From: Roseibacillus sp.
GTDB taxonomy: Bacteria > Verrucomicrobiota > Verrucomicrobiia > Verrucomicrobiales > Akkermansiaceae
Assembly (NCBI GenBank): GCA_965242925.1
Contig: CBDEUM010000023.1
Span: 1-15,418 of the forward strand
Direction of reading: 5' to 3'
Length of the DNA: 15,418 nucleotides
The translations under genes were made by a program, and so were the position numbers. Positions 1 through 8,236 of the stretch are shown here, piece after piece (the stretch's first letter is position 1; every line of letters starts with the position of its first letter). Under the pieces are notes generated by a model, which was given only the letters and a program-made list of their open reading frames with translations, had not been told where the DNA came from and ran no database searches.

Positions 1-165
1 TATTTGCGGGCCTCTTCCATCGTCTCAACCTCTTCGCCTTTGCTATTCCAGTATTTCGCTGAAACCTCTTCGATAAGTTTTTTGATGTCTTTGGAGTCTA
101 GCGACTTCTCCCCAAACCCCCCGACCAGTAGCACGGCAAACAGCAGGACGAGTAGGGCCAGGCTC
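1..165 (-). pseudogene. Internally deleted member (L1) of the MORN_2/YwqK-like lipoprotein family; runs off the left edge
   Basis: Manual translation: ..LALLVLLFAVLLVGGFGEKSLDSKDIKKLIEEVSAKYWNSKGEEVETMEEARK, with the stop incomplete at the edge. The signal-peptide segment (lipobox Cys replaced by Phe) is fused in frame to the family C-terminus; there is no ATG at the expected position. Confidence 0.7.
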
Positions 166-256
166 TCTTCCGGATCCGGTCGCCTGCCTACGTGATGAGG
201 CAACCCCAAGCCTGTCTCCCGACTGGCGTAATGGGCAGCCCCTCATCGGCCTCCCT

Positions 257-1666
257 TCACCTCTGCCGGAGAAAGAGCCGCATCTCGCGATAGGTGATTA
301 CCGCGTCGAGTTCACGCATGAAGTCGCCGCCGTAAATTCCAACCGAATCCCTCGAACTGAACTCGGCCGACAGGATCCTCCGGTTTTCGATCAGGGTCTT
401 CCCAACTACCACGGACTTGAACTTGGTGACTGCAGCGGGAGCCCTGCCGCCAATGCCGTAAACCCACTGGTCCATGGCCCCTACTTCGCATCGATACCGA
501 TTGGCCAATTCGACATTGAAGAGACTTCCATCTGCTCCAGTGTCTACTAGGAATTTCGCATCATCACCATTCAGGCTTCCGTCCACGTAGATGTGGTTGC
601 CCTTTCGTTCGGTATCAAATGACTGGTAGCCGCGCATGGTGAGAAGATCCCTCACGGTGAGATCCTTGCAGTTCTTCTCGAATGCCACGGCGTCCTTGCT
701 CCACCGCCTCATGAGGAGTTCGTCCTCCGGTTTGAAGCGGTCTACGGTGAAGCCCCTCTTCTCGCCGTTGACCAGTTCGATGGTAATCCCGGTTCCCGAT
801 TCGTTCTTGGCCACCAGTTTGCCTCGGATCGTGCTTCCGTCCTTCAACTTGAAGATCCGGAAGTCAAACTGACTGTCCTTGTCCTCAGCCTCAGCGTCAA
901 CACCCTTCACCTCGGGCTTATCGCCAAGATCCGGGCGCAGGAAAATGAGACGTTCCCGGTAGGAAATGACCGCGTCGAGTCGCGCCAGAACGCCACCTCC
1001 GATAATGGCGTCTTCCTTCAATTTCGATCCTTCCGGAAGGCCATTGGTCAAATCCGTGCACAGGATCTTCTTGTCCAGAAGCAGCGTTTCTCCGAGCTGA
1101 ATCCTGTCCACCTTGGTGTAAGCCGCGGGGGCCGTCCCTCCCACACCGGCCACAACCTCATCGTATGGGCCCATCTTGCATCCGGCCTCCTTCGCAAAGG
1201 CATCATGCAGAATCGTGTTATGCGCCCCGGTATCGACCAGGAACCGCGCCTTCTTGCCATTCAGAAGACCGGGGATAATCAGGGAATTGTTGGCAAAGGT
1301 GAATTTGAACGACTCATATCCTCGTAGTTCAAGGAGTTCTCGCACCGTGAGAGTACGGCACTTCTTGAGGAAGATCTTCTTCAGTGCCGCCGAGGGAACC
1401 TCCGGTCGTATCCATGACTTGAGAAACTCCCGGTCCTTCCTGCTCAGCACCTTGAGAGGGACCTCGGCGGGACCCTCCCTGCCCTTGATCAGGAGGTTGA
1501 CTGTTGTGTCCGTCTTGGAAACCACGACGGCCTCGAGGGTCCTGCCCTTCGTGTCGGTGAAGGTACGATACTCCTCTGCCTGGGCCGAACCCAGTCCGGC
1601 AGTGACCACCAGAACTGCGAGCAGGAGGGCAAGTGCCCTTCCGGAAAGTGGGATAGCGGGCTTCAT
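257..1666 (-). CDS. Secreted aspartyl protease with two retropepsin-like domains, each preceded by an SHD1-like domain
   Basis: Signal peptide (..SAQA). Two FLVDTGA catalytic motifs with downstream IIGG/IYGG motifs. RTFTDTKGRTLEA..VPLKVLSRKDREFL is SHD1-like. Duplicated linker CxxLTVRxLLxxRGYxSF. Confidence 0.85.
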   Translation of the reverse strand: MKPAIPLSGRALALLLAVLVVTAGLGSAQAEEYRTFTDTKGRTLEAVVVSKTDTTVNLLIKGREGPAEVPLKVLSRKDREFLKSWIRPEVPSAALKKIFLKKCRTLTVRELLELRGYESFKFTFANNSLIIPGLLNGKKARFLVDTGAHNTILHDAFAKEAGCKMGPYDEVVAGVGGTAPAAYTKVDRIQLGETLLLDKKILCTDLTNGLPEGSKLKEDAIIGGGVLARLDAVISYRERLIFLRPDLGDKPEVKGVDAEAEDKDSQFDFRIFKLKDGSTIRGKLVAKNESGTGITIELVNGEKRGFTVDRFKPEDELLMRRWSKDAVAFEKNCKDLTVRDLLTMRGYQSFDTERKGNHIYVDGSLNGDDAKFLVDTGADGSLFNVELANRYRCEVGAMDQWVYGIGGRAPAAVTKFKSVVVGKTLIENRRILSAEFSSRDSVGIYGGDFMRELDAVITYREMRLFLRQR

Positions 1667-2925
1667 TTGAAATCCTGGCTTTTGATGAACTCGATCCAGT
1701 CAGTCTCAAACTCTTTGGCCGTCTTGAATCCGTAAAGCTTCGCCAGCTCAAGGGAAATAGGCATTGCTCCATCGTACTGGACTCGACGGATCATGTTGGC
1801 AAACGAGTTCAGGCGCTCCGGCGTGCTCTGCAGGTAGTAGGCGAACGAGTAACTCAGGACGATACTCTCCGGAGTCAGGTCCTTGACCTCTCTCCAGCCG
1901 AGCAGCTTTTCAAGATTTGGCTCCACCTTTCCCTTGCGCACCAGTTCGCGCAGGGTCTTGGCCCATTTCGTTCCGTCATCAAACCCCTTGGCCTTCACGA
2001 TCTCATCCTGGTCGTAAACCTCCGCATCAAGCAGACTCGTCTCGGTGTGCCCGGCCAGCTTGATCTCCTTGTAGTAGGCATGCCCGATCCTAAGGGCCAT
2101 GGCACCATCCTCCGCGTAGTCCGCGATGCCCCCGATAAACTCCGAGAGCAGGGTTCCGGAAAGGGAATGCGTCGGGAAGGCTCCAAAGACTTCGGTATAG
2201 CTGTTCTTGGTGTCGCCAATCTGGAAGGCCTTGGCAGTGCCAAAAATGTTCAATTTCTCAACAATGCTGTCCGGCATGTAAATGCTCTGGGAACTGGATT
2301 CTTCCCACAGCAAGCGCGCCCGGATCGCCACATCCCGCATATGCTCGCCCTCAAGGGTCAGAAGGTGGGCCTTGTACCAGTCGCCCAGCTTGGCGTAGGC
2401 CTTCTTGTCCTCCACGAGGAAGATGAGCTTGCGCCTGGCACCCCAGTCCTCCCGAAAGTTGACGTGCTGAAAGACCATGCCCCGCCACAGTCGCTCCGCC
2501 ACCTCGGCAACATCCATCGGGCGGATCTTTCCCTGTGTAATGACATAGAAGTGCTCCGTCTTGAGCATGTCATATTGCAGGTCGTCGTCCGTCCCGAGCA
2601 CGAACCTTTCCTTCACCCGTTCGAACGTTTTCGACATGTCACGGGCATCCTTCTCAGGCACACCCACCTCCGACTTCGTCACCACGCTCTGATCCGCCCC
2701 CCCGTATTCCACGAGGTAGAGGCGATCTACCAGGCTGAGATCCTCAATCTTGAGTGTAATGGTCCGAAGTTGGGGGGTAATGAGAACGGCCTCATCTCCT
2801 TCCACTCGCAATAGTAGGGCCGTCACGTCCGCTCCCTTCCGGGAGGTCCAGACCCGCTCCTCGGCCGCACTGGCCGGGCAACAGAGCAGCGCGCCCGCAG
2901 CGGTTATCGTTGCTAATTTTCGCAT
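1663..2925 (-). CDS. Secreted SHD1-domain protein with a possible DUF1570/peptidase MA-like C-terminal region lacking HExxH
   Basis: Likely start is ATG 2925 or 2931 (MRKLATITAAGALLCCPASA signal peptide) rather than 3003. RVWTSRKG..LKIEDLSLVDRLYL is SHD1-like. Its stop overlaps the ATG of the protease gene (ATGA). Confidence 0.75.
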   Translation of the reverse strand: MRKLATITAAGALLCCPASAAEERVWTSRKGADVTALLLRVEGDEAVLITPQLRTITLKIEDLSLVDRLYLVEYGGADQSVVTKSEVGVPEKDARDMSKTFERVKERFVLGTDDDLQYDMLKTEHFYVITQGKIRPMDVAEVAERLWRGMVFQHVNFREDWGARRKLIFLVEDKKAYAKLGDWYKAHLLTLEGEHMRDVAIRARLLWEESSSQSIYMPDSIVEKLNIFGTAKAFQIGDTKNSYTEVFGAFPTHSLSGTLLSEFIGGIADYAEDGAMALRIGHAYYKEIKLAGHTETSLLDAEVYDQDEIVKAKGFDDGTKWAKTLRELVRKGKVEPNLEKLLGWREVKDLTPESIVLSYSFAYYLQSTPERLNSFANMIRRVQYDGAMPISLELAKLYGFKTAKEFETDWIEFIKSQDFK

Positions 2926-3272
2926 CCGCATTTCCTGCGACGCTACTGAGTGAAATCCCATGATGTCGATGCTCTTTTTGGATAGCCTGCTACACCCGGA
3001 CAACGGGAGCTCAAAACTTGGGCTCCCGTGGCCCCTCTTCCTGGTGCCTCTAGAGGGCTTTCAACAAAGGGAACTTGTCGTTTCCTTTGGCCGCTCCGGG
3101 GGAAGAGGGAGACTTTTACGCGGATGGCAATCAGAGGAATTCTACTCCTGCAAACTGCAAACGAGCACGGATCTAAGGTCCTGGAACTCACAATACTTGA
3201 GTGGAGGCCGTGAGATAACTACTTCGCTCCAGACCGTGGACCATGCCGTCCCTGTAAGTTACTTCCGACCTG

Positions 3273-3326
3273 GGACAACCAATTATCCCCTGACCCAATC
3301 CACGCGGATCCGGGGTGAGGTTAGTT
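3273..3326. repeat. Element A, near-complete copy (imperfect hairpin)
   Basis: ggacaaccaattatcccctgacccaatcc-acgc-ggatccggggtgaggttagtt; lacks 4 G relative to the 6846 copy. Confidence 0.85.
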
Positions 3327-3495
3327 GAAGGCTCCTCAATCGTCTCAACCTCTTCGCCTTTGCTGTTCCAGTATCGCGGAAACCAGTTCGCCGTCTTTCA
3401 TGGTTCCTTCATACTCCTTCTGCCCGTTCTTGCGCCATTCGATATGAAGACCGTCCTTCACTCCGTCCTCGTAGGTGCCTTCCGACTTCTCCGAG
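3321..3495 (-). pseudogene. 3' fragment (L2) of MORN_2 lipoprotein, frameshifted
   Basis: EKSEGTYEDGVKDGLHIEWRKNGQKEYEGTMKDGELVSA, then a frameshift (gcg a tac vs gcg aaa tac) into YWNSKGEEVETIEE. TAA at 3321-3323 overlaps element A. Confidence 0.75.
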
Positions 3496-3502
3496 GCATC
3501 TA

Positions 3503-3631
3503 TTGTGTGGTTTTGTACCCAAACCCCCGAGAAAGGTTGCCGTCCTTGGCGCCATCGTTGGTATTCTGGCACTGCTCGGCATCGCCTTTATTATCTATGC
3601 ACTGGGGTGGGGGTATAGTTCCGGCCATTAG
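3503..3631 (+). CDS. Possible 42-aa single-TM peptide or 3' gene fragment
   Basis: TTG..TAG frame reads ..PKPPRKVAVLGAIVGILALLGIAFIIYALGWGYSSGH*; basic residues then a clean hydrophobic helix; no obvious RBS. Confidence 0.3.
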   Translation: MCGFVPKPPRKVAVLGAIVGILALLGIAFIIYALGWGYSSGH

Positions 3632-3692
3632 GTGCATACGAGGTTTTCACGATGGGCGACCCCTCATCCCTGCGCTGTCAAACCGCGGCACC

Positions 3693-3777
3693 GCACCCTG
3701 GTTCCTGCACCTTTGCAGCCTGTGGGTTGCCCCACCCTGCACCCTTAACCCTGATCCCCGCACCCTGTTTCCTGCAC
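3693..3777. repeat. Element D cluster (GCACCCTGKTTCCTGCAC x2 plus CCACCCTGCACC)
   Basis: Copies at 3693-3711 and 3760-3777; ccaccctgcacc at 3732-3743; the same motifs recur at 7955-8007. Confidence 0.7.
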
Positions 3778-3790
3778 TGGGATGGGTGGG

Positions 3791-3974
3791 CTATTCGGCG
3801 GATTCTTCCCGCGTCTCAACCTCTTCGCCTTTATCGTCAGCTGAATGGATTGATCCCCCTTCCGGAGAGGTCTGGCCAAGGAAGTGGAACATCTTGGCCG
3901 TCGAGGGTGTAAACGGCACACCCGGCAACTAGTAACGCGGCAAACAGCAGAAACAGCAGGACAAATATCTTCAT
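3791..3974 (-). pseudogene. Lipoprotein-family member (L3): signal peptide + short foreign middle + family C-terminus, frameshifted
   Basis: MKIFVLLFLLFAALLVAGC (with a duplicated ctgctgttt), then in a shifted frame ..SADDKGEEVETREESAE*. The 184-nt span is not a multiple of 3. Confidence 0.7.
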
Positions 3975-4026
3975 AGCACCGCGATTCCTAGCACAGCCCA
4001 GGCGCAGTCGGAAAGCGGGGAGAGGG
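3975..4026 (-). promoter_or_regulatory. Element C, upstream/promoter region of the lipoprotein family
   Basis: Shares agcacYgcgattcctagcacagcc with the 13156 copy and cccaggcgcag..aagcggggagaggg with the 9011 copy; lies directly before the ATG. Confidence 0.6.
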
Positions 4027-4082
4027 GCTTGTGGCTCCCGGGGGCGGCTCAAGCTTGTTCCTGCTCATCAGCAGGCGTGTGA

Positions 4083-4118
4083 TTGACTGCCCGGAATGGT
4101 TCCCGTATGAAATACGGG
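4083..4118 (+). promoter_or_regulatory. Sigma70-like promoter of the symporter with an overlapping inverted repeat
   Basis: TTGACT(4083)-N17-TATGAA(4106); CCCGTAT-gaa-ATACGGG (4102-4118) overlaps the -10 box; ATG at 4126. Confidence 0.5.
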
Positions 4119-4125
4119 TCGCGCC

Positions 4126-5670
4126 ATGCCTGAAACGAATTTTACTGCCCTTGACTGGATCATTGTCGGCGCCTACCTGCTGGGCACGGTGGCCATCGGG
4201 CTGTGGGTCAACCGCTACATCAAGGGCATGGGGGATTTCCTGGTGGCCGGGCGCTCGTTGCGCACCCGGCTTGGGATTGCAACCATGATCGGTTCCGAGC
4301 TTGGCCTGGTGACGGCGATGTTTGCTGCCCAGAAGGGGTTTGCCTCCGGGTTTGCCGCATTTCATATCGGCTTAATGGCGGGCATCGCGACGCTGGTGGT
4401 GGGCATTACCGGCTTCATCGTCGTGCCGTTGCGACGCATGGGGGTAATGACGATTCCCGAGTTTTACCAGAAGCGTTTTGGCAGTCGACGGTTGCGCATC
4501 TTCGGCGGGTTTGTTCTGGCGGCGGCGGGTATCCTCAATATGGGTCTGTTCCTGCGTGCTGGTGGGGAGTTCGTTGCCGGTATTACCGGCATAGAGTGGG
4601 AGGCGGTGAAGTGGGTGATGAGCGCGATGATCCTGCTGGTACTCGTCTACACCGCGCTGGGCGGAATGGTCTCGGTGGTGATTACCGATTACGTGCAGTT
4701 TGTGGTGCTCTCTCTCGGCTTGCTGCTGGCCTGTGTCCTGGCGGTGGTCAAGGTCGGTTGGTCGAACCTTGTCACCGGGGTCGAGAAAATCCACGGCGAC
4801 GGCGGCTTTGATCCTTTTGCTGCAGACGGTGTTGGCGGCTCCTACGTGGGATGGATGTTTTTTCTGGGAATTATTTCCTGTGCGGTGTGGCAGACGGCGG
4901 TGATGCGTGCCTGCGCGGCGGAAAGCGTCGCGGTGGTCAGGCGCATGTATATCTGGTCGTCACTGGGCTTCATGATCCGTTTCATGATTCCGCAGTTCAT
5001 TGGAATTTGTGCGCTGGTTTATTTTTTCCAGGGTGGGAATGAGACGTTTTTTGATGCAACAGGCACAGTGTCAGGGGACTCGTCGGTGACGATGCGCGCG
5101 ATGCCGGTGTTCCTTGGCCAATTGCTGCCGATGGGGCTTATCGGTCTGGTGGCTGCGGGCATGATCGCGGCCTTCATGTCGACCCATGACACCTATCTAT
5201 TGTGCTGGGCCTCGGTGCTGACCGAGGACGTTGTCAACCCGTCCCGTGGCGGCAGGATGTCGCAGCAGGCAAGGTTGCTGCTGACCCGTGTGCTGCTCTT
5301 CGTGATTGCTGGATTCCTGGTGATCTGGGGACTCTGGTATGAACTTGGACAGGACCTGTGGGACTATATGGCTGTCTCCGGGTCGATTTATTTTACCGGC
5401 GCCTTCGCGATCCTCCTGCTCGGGCTTTACTGGAAGGGTGCCACTGCTGCCGGGGCTTTCACGGCCTTGAGTATTGGGCTGTTGGCGGTGGTCGGGCTCA
5501 AACCGGTGCAGGAATTGCTGCATATTGCAGATTTCCTTAAGGACAATGAGATCAAAGGTGAACACATAGGCTTGTCGCTGGCCGCATTTTCCCTGGTGGC
5601 GATGGTGCTTGTGTCGCTGGTTACCTCTAATGGCTGCCGGGATAGCCAAACCCAAGAACACGGAGAATAG
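4126..5670 (+). CDS. Sodium:solute symporter (SSS) family transporter
   Basis: LDWIIVGAYL..DFLVAGRSL; MTIPEFYQKRFG; YTALGGMVSVVITDYVQ; AAFMSTHD; many TM helices. Confidence 0.93.
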   Translation: MPETNFTALDWIIVGAYLLGTVAIGLWVNRYIKGMGDFLVAGRSLRTRLGIATMIGSELGLVTAMFAAQKGFASGFAAFHIGLMAGIATLVVGITGFIVVPLRRMGVMTIPEFYQKRFGSRRLRIFGGFVLAAAGILNMGLFLRAGGEFVAGITGIEWEAVKWVMSAMILLVLVYTALGGMVSVVITDYVQFVVLSLGLLLACVLAVVKVGWSNLVTGVEKIHGDGGFDPFAADGVGGSYVGWMFFLGIISCAVWQTAVMRACAAESVAVVRRMYIWSSLGFMIRFMIPQFIGICALVYFFQGGNETFFDATGTVSGDSSVTMRAMPVFLGQLLPMGLIGLVAAGMIAAFMSTHDTYLLCWASVLTEDVVNPSRGGRMSQQARLLLTRVLLFVIAGFLVIWGLWYELGQDLWDYMAVSGSIYFTGAFAILLLGLYWKGATAAGAFTALSIGLLAVVGLKPVQELLHIADFLKDNEIKGEHIGLSLAAFSLVAMVLVSLVTSNGCRDSQTQEHGE

Positions 5671-5673
5671 ACA

Positions 5674-5850
5674 ATGAACGGATGGAGCTTTTTTTGGGGA
5701 GGGTTGTTACTGGTTACACTCGTATTCTATAGTGTGATGGTTGTGTATGTGTCACTTGGCGGTTTCAAGGACATCAGGCAGATGTTCCGGTCCCTTTCCG
5801 GCAATGGTGAAAATAAGCCTGAACAGGAAGGAGATGACGAGAGTCATTAA
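5674..5850 (+). CDS. 58-aa single-TM protein, probable symporter accessory subunit (absent from the ORF track)
   Basis: MNGWSFFWGGLLLVTLVFYSVMVVYVSLGGFKDIRQMFRSLSGNGENKPEQEGDDESH*; ATG 3 nt after the symporter stop, with GGAG upstream. Confidence 0.8.
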   Translation: MNGWSFFWGGLLLVTLVFYSVMVVYVSLGGFKDIRQMFRSLSGNGENKPEQEGDDESH

Positions 5851-5869
5851 CCTGCCCCTGCCGGTAATT

Positions 5870-5944
5870 TTGCACTCCCACCTTCCCTGGTTCCTCAGTC
5901 TCCAGGAACCCCGGCTTGAAAAAGGAGAATCCTGGCAGTAATCC
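5870..5944 (+). repeat. Element B, full copy (hairpin + promoter-like)
   Basis: ttgcactcccaccttccctGGTTCCTcagtctccAGGAACCccggcTTGAAA-N17-TAATCC. Confidence 0.85.
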
Positions 5945-5986
5945 CTCGTGGTGCCGGAGCGTGACTTTTTATCGAGGAGTTCATCA

Positions 5987-6766
5987 ATGACGGATCTTGC
6001 GAACAAGGTAGCCTTAGTTACCGGTGCCAGTCGAGGCATTGGGCGGGCAACGGCAATTGCACTGGCCGAAGCGGGTGCCGATGTGGGAATTAATTTTCGT
6101 TCGCACCCTGCTGAAGCCGAGGAAGTTGCTGATCAAGTTCAAGCTTTGGGAAGACGTGCGCTGCTTTTGCAGGGTGACGTGGCCGATCAGGACGCCGTTG
6201 AGGCGATGGTTGAAAAGTTAGTGACTGAGTTGGGTGGGTTGCACATTGCTGTGAGTAACGCCGCCTATTCGAAACGGGAGCCATTTCACAAGGCTGACAT
6301 GGAAGCCTTCCGGCGCACCGTTGATGTTACGATGTGGGGTGCGTTCTACGTTGTGCGCAGTGTAGCCCGCCACATGATTCAACAAGGGGAACCAGGATCG
6401 ATTGTCATCATCAGCTCACCTCATGCTTCTATTCCGGTGCCGACAGCCATGGCATACAACATGTCCAAGGCAGCCGTTGATCAACTGTCACGGACCGCTG
6501 CTATTGAATTGTCACGATACAGAATACGGGTCAATTCGGTTCATCCGGGTTGGATTGACACACCCGGAGAACGAACGATGGCGTCTGACGAGGAATTGGC
6601 TCTGGCGGCCCAGGCATTGCCCTGGAACCGGATGGGGCGACCCGAAGAAATTGCCCGGGGAGTGGTTTTTATCTGTGATCCGAAAAGTGATTACATGACC
6701 GGCAGTTGCCTGTTGATTGATGGTGGATTCACGCTGCCTTGGTGGGAAAGTCGTGGGAAAGATTAG
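5987..6766 (+). CDS. Short-chain dehydrogenase/reductase (classical SDR, glucose 1-dehydrogenase-like)
   Basis: TGASRGIG, SNAA, YNMSK, PGWIDT. The start is placed at ATG 5987, after RBS GAGGAG (5974-5979). Confidence 0.93.
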   Translation: MTDLANKVALVTGASRGIGRATAIALAEAGADVGINFRSHPAEAEEVADQVQALGRRALLLQGDVADQDAVEAMVEKLVTELGGLHIAVSNAAYSKREPFHKADMEAFRRTVDVTMWGAFYVVRSVARHMIQQGEPGSIVIISSPHASIPVPTAMAYNMSKAAVDQLSRTAAIELSRYRIRVNSVHPGWIDTPGERTMASDEELALAAQALPWNRMGRPEEIARGVVFICDPKSDYMTGSCLLIDGGFTLPWWESRGKD

Positions 6767-6776
6767 CCCAATTGGT

Positions 6777-6822
6777 GGGGAAAGTGGGTTGCGCCCCCAC
6801 CTTCCCCGGTTCCAGGCTGAGG
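6777..6822. repeat. Element B 5' part forming a hairpin, followed by an inverted B loop
   Basis: ggggaaagtggg-ttgcgcc-cccaccttcccc stem (1 mismatch), then ggttcc-aggctgagg (reverse complement of cctcagcct). Confidence 0.7.
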
Positions 6823-6845
6823 GAGTGATTAAGAAGAAGAGGAAG

Positions 6846-6885
6846 TGATCCAATCCACGCGGATCGGGGCGGGGTGAGGTTAGTC
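6846..6885. repeat. Element A copy
   Basis: tgatccaatcc-acgc-ggatcggggcggggtgaggttagtc. Confidence 0.85.
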
Positions 6886-6903
6886 GTCAGTCTCCTGGAG
6901 CGA

Positions 6904-7911
6904 TTATTTGGCCCACTGGTAGACTCTCACGTAGTCGACCTCCATGACCTGGGGAAACCGGCTGGCCGGGATCCGGTCGGCTTTCTGGTCTTCGTTTTCG
7001 AAAAAGCGGCCGTCGACCGCGACATTGAGAATGAGGTGGAAGGGCTGGTCGTAGGGTGCGGAGGGGTTCTTTCGCGCACTCGCCGACCACCATTCGGCCT
7101 TTCTGCGTGTCCTCCACTTCACACCATCAACGAACCACGAGATTTCATCCACGGTCCACTCCAGTGCGTAGACATGAAAATCCTCGGCGGCATTCCTGGC
7201 GGGAAACCGGTAGGTGTGATCGAGGTGAACGTTGTCGGGCCATTTCCCTCCGAAGTGAAGGGCTCCCAGGGTTTCATGAACCTTGCTGCCACGGGATTCA
7301 ACGATGTCAATCTCGCCACCGGCGGCCCATCCACCATAGGGAGAATGGGTGGGCATCATCCAGATGGCGGGCCAGATCCCCTGGCCGTCCGGCATCCTGG
7401 CACGGATCTCAAACCGTCCAAATTTCCAGTCACCGCGTTTCATGGTGCGCAACCGGGCAGAAGAGTAGGGCTGTGTCTTTCCGTCGCTGGTGGTGTGAGA
7501 GTCGCGGTATACCGCAATACAGAGGGATCCGTTCTTTACGAAGCTGTACTTGGGTTCAGTGCGGTAGGCTTGCCGTTCATTGTTGCCACCACCATAGTTG
7601 TTTTCTTCGTGCGCCCACCTGCGGAAGTCAATCTGGTCACCGTCGAATTCGTCGGCCCATACCTGGACCCACCCATCGACTGGAGTGTGCAGGCGGTAAT
7701 CGCCGACAGGTTGGTAAGTGGACCAGGTTCTCCCGGTGCCCCGGATGACCGTTCCGATGTTACTCCATCTGTTTTCGCGTTTTACCTGGAGTTGATGAAA
7801 GGATCCCTTGGCAGTCTCAAAGCTCAGCTTGACGGCCGGGATGCTTTGGAGAGCCGGCTCGGCTGAGAGGAGGATGGGGACAAGAACAGGAAGGAAAAGG
7901 CCAGAGAGCAT
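6904..7911 (-). CDS. Secreted glycoside hydrolase family 16 (laminarinase/beta-1,3-glucanase-like)
   Basis: WPAIWMMP..WAAGGEIDIVE catalytic motif; YSSARL; FHVYALEW; MEVDYVRVYQ; signal peptide. Confidence 0.93.
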   Translation of the reverse strand: MLSGLFLPVLVPILLSAEPALQSIPAVKLSFETAKGSFHQLQVKRENRWSNIGTVIRGTGRTWSTYQPVGDYRLHTPVDGWVQVWADEFDGDQIDFRRWAHEENNYGGGNNERQAYRTEPKYSFVKNGSLCIAVYRDSHTTSDGKTQPYSSARLRTMKRGDWKFGRFEIRARMPDGQGIWPAIWMMPTHSPYGGWAAGGEIDIVESRGSKVHETLGALHFGGKWPDNVHLDHTYRFPARNAAEDFHVYALEWTVDEISWFVDGVKWRTRRKAEWWSASARKNPSAPYDQPFHLILNVAVDGRFFENEDQKADRIPASRFPQVMEVDYVRVYQWAK

Positions 7912-7954
7912 GCCGAATCCCTACCACTTGCAAAGAGCAGGGGCCATAGCCAAA

Positions 7955-8007
7955 CCACCCTGCACCGCTACAGCCTACTCCGTGCACTGCACCCTGGTTC
8001 CTGCACC
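7955..8007. repeat. Element D copy
   Basis: ccaccctgcacc at 7955; gcaccctggttcctgcacc at 7989-8007, identical to 3693-3711. Confidence 0.7.
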
Positions 8008-8187
8008 AATAGAGTGGTTAAGGAGGTAGAAAATCGGGATTACGAAATTGCGTCCATGAATGACGAGTCCCAGTTTGGTCCGGAGTTCCACATCATCGAG
8101 ATGGTCGGCGCCGTTTTCCCTCCAGGACCACTCCCGTCACTACCAGGATCTTGGGGCTCTGTTTCATGGCCAAGCAGCCTTGCCAGG

Positions 8188-8214
8188 AAAACGCGTATTC
8201 GAACGCGAATACAC
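8188..8214 (-). terminator. Probable intrinsic terminator of the MORN lipoprotein gene
   Basis: Minus strand gtgtattcg-cgtt-cgaatacgc followed by gtttt, about 22 nt after the stop codon. Confidence 0.45.
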
Positions 8215-8236
8215 AACTTCCCCGTCCCGCTGCCTT

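Noticed and set aside
2047..2814. 255-aa plus-strand ORF
   Set aside because: Antisense shadow of the SHD1-domain gene.
3043..3075. Cobalamin or glycine riboswitch
   Set aside because: Only a partial resemblance (ggtgcc..aagggaa); the downstream conserved boxes are absent.
3315..3932. Plus-strand ORFs sharing STSSPLLFQ (also 4..195 and 9093..9284)
   Set aside because: They are antisense translations of the lipoprotein C-terminal repeat running through non-coding repeats.
6874..7866. 330-aa plus-strand ORF
   Set aside because: Antisense shadow of the GH16 gene.
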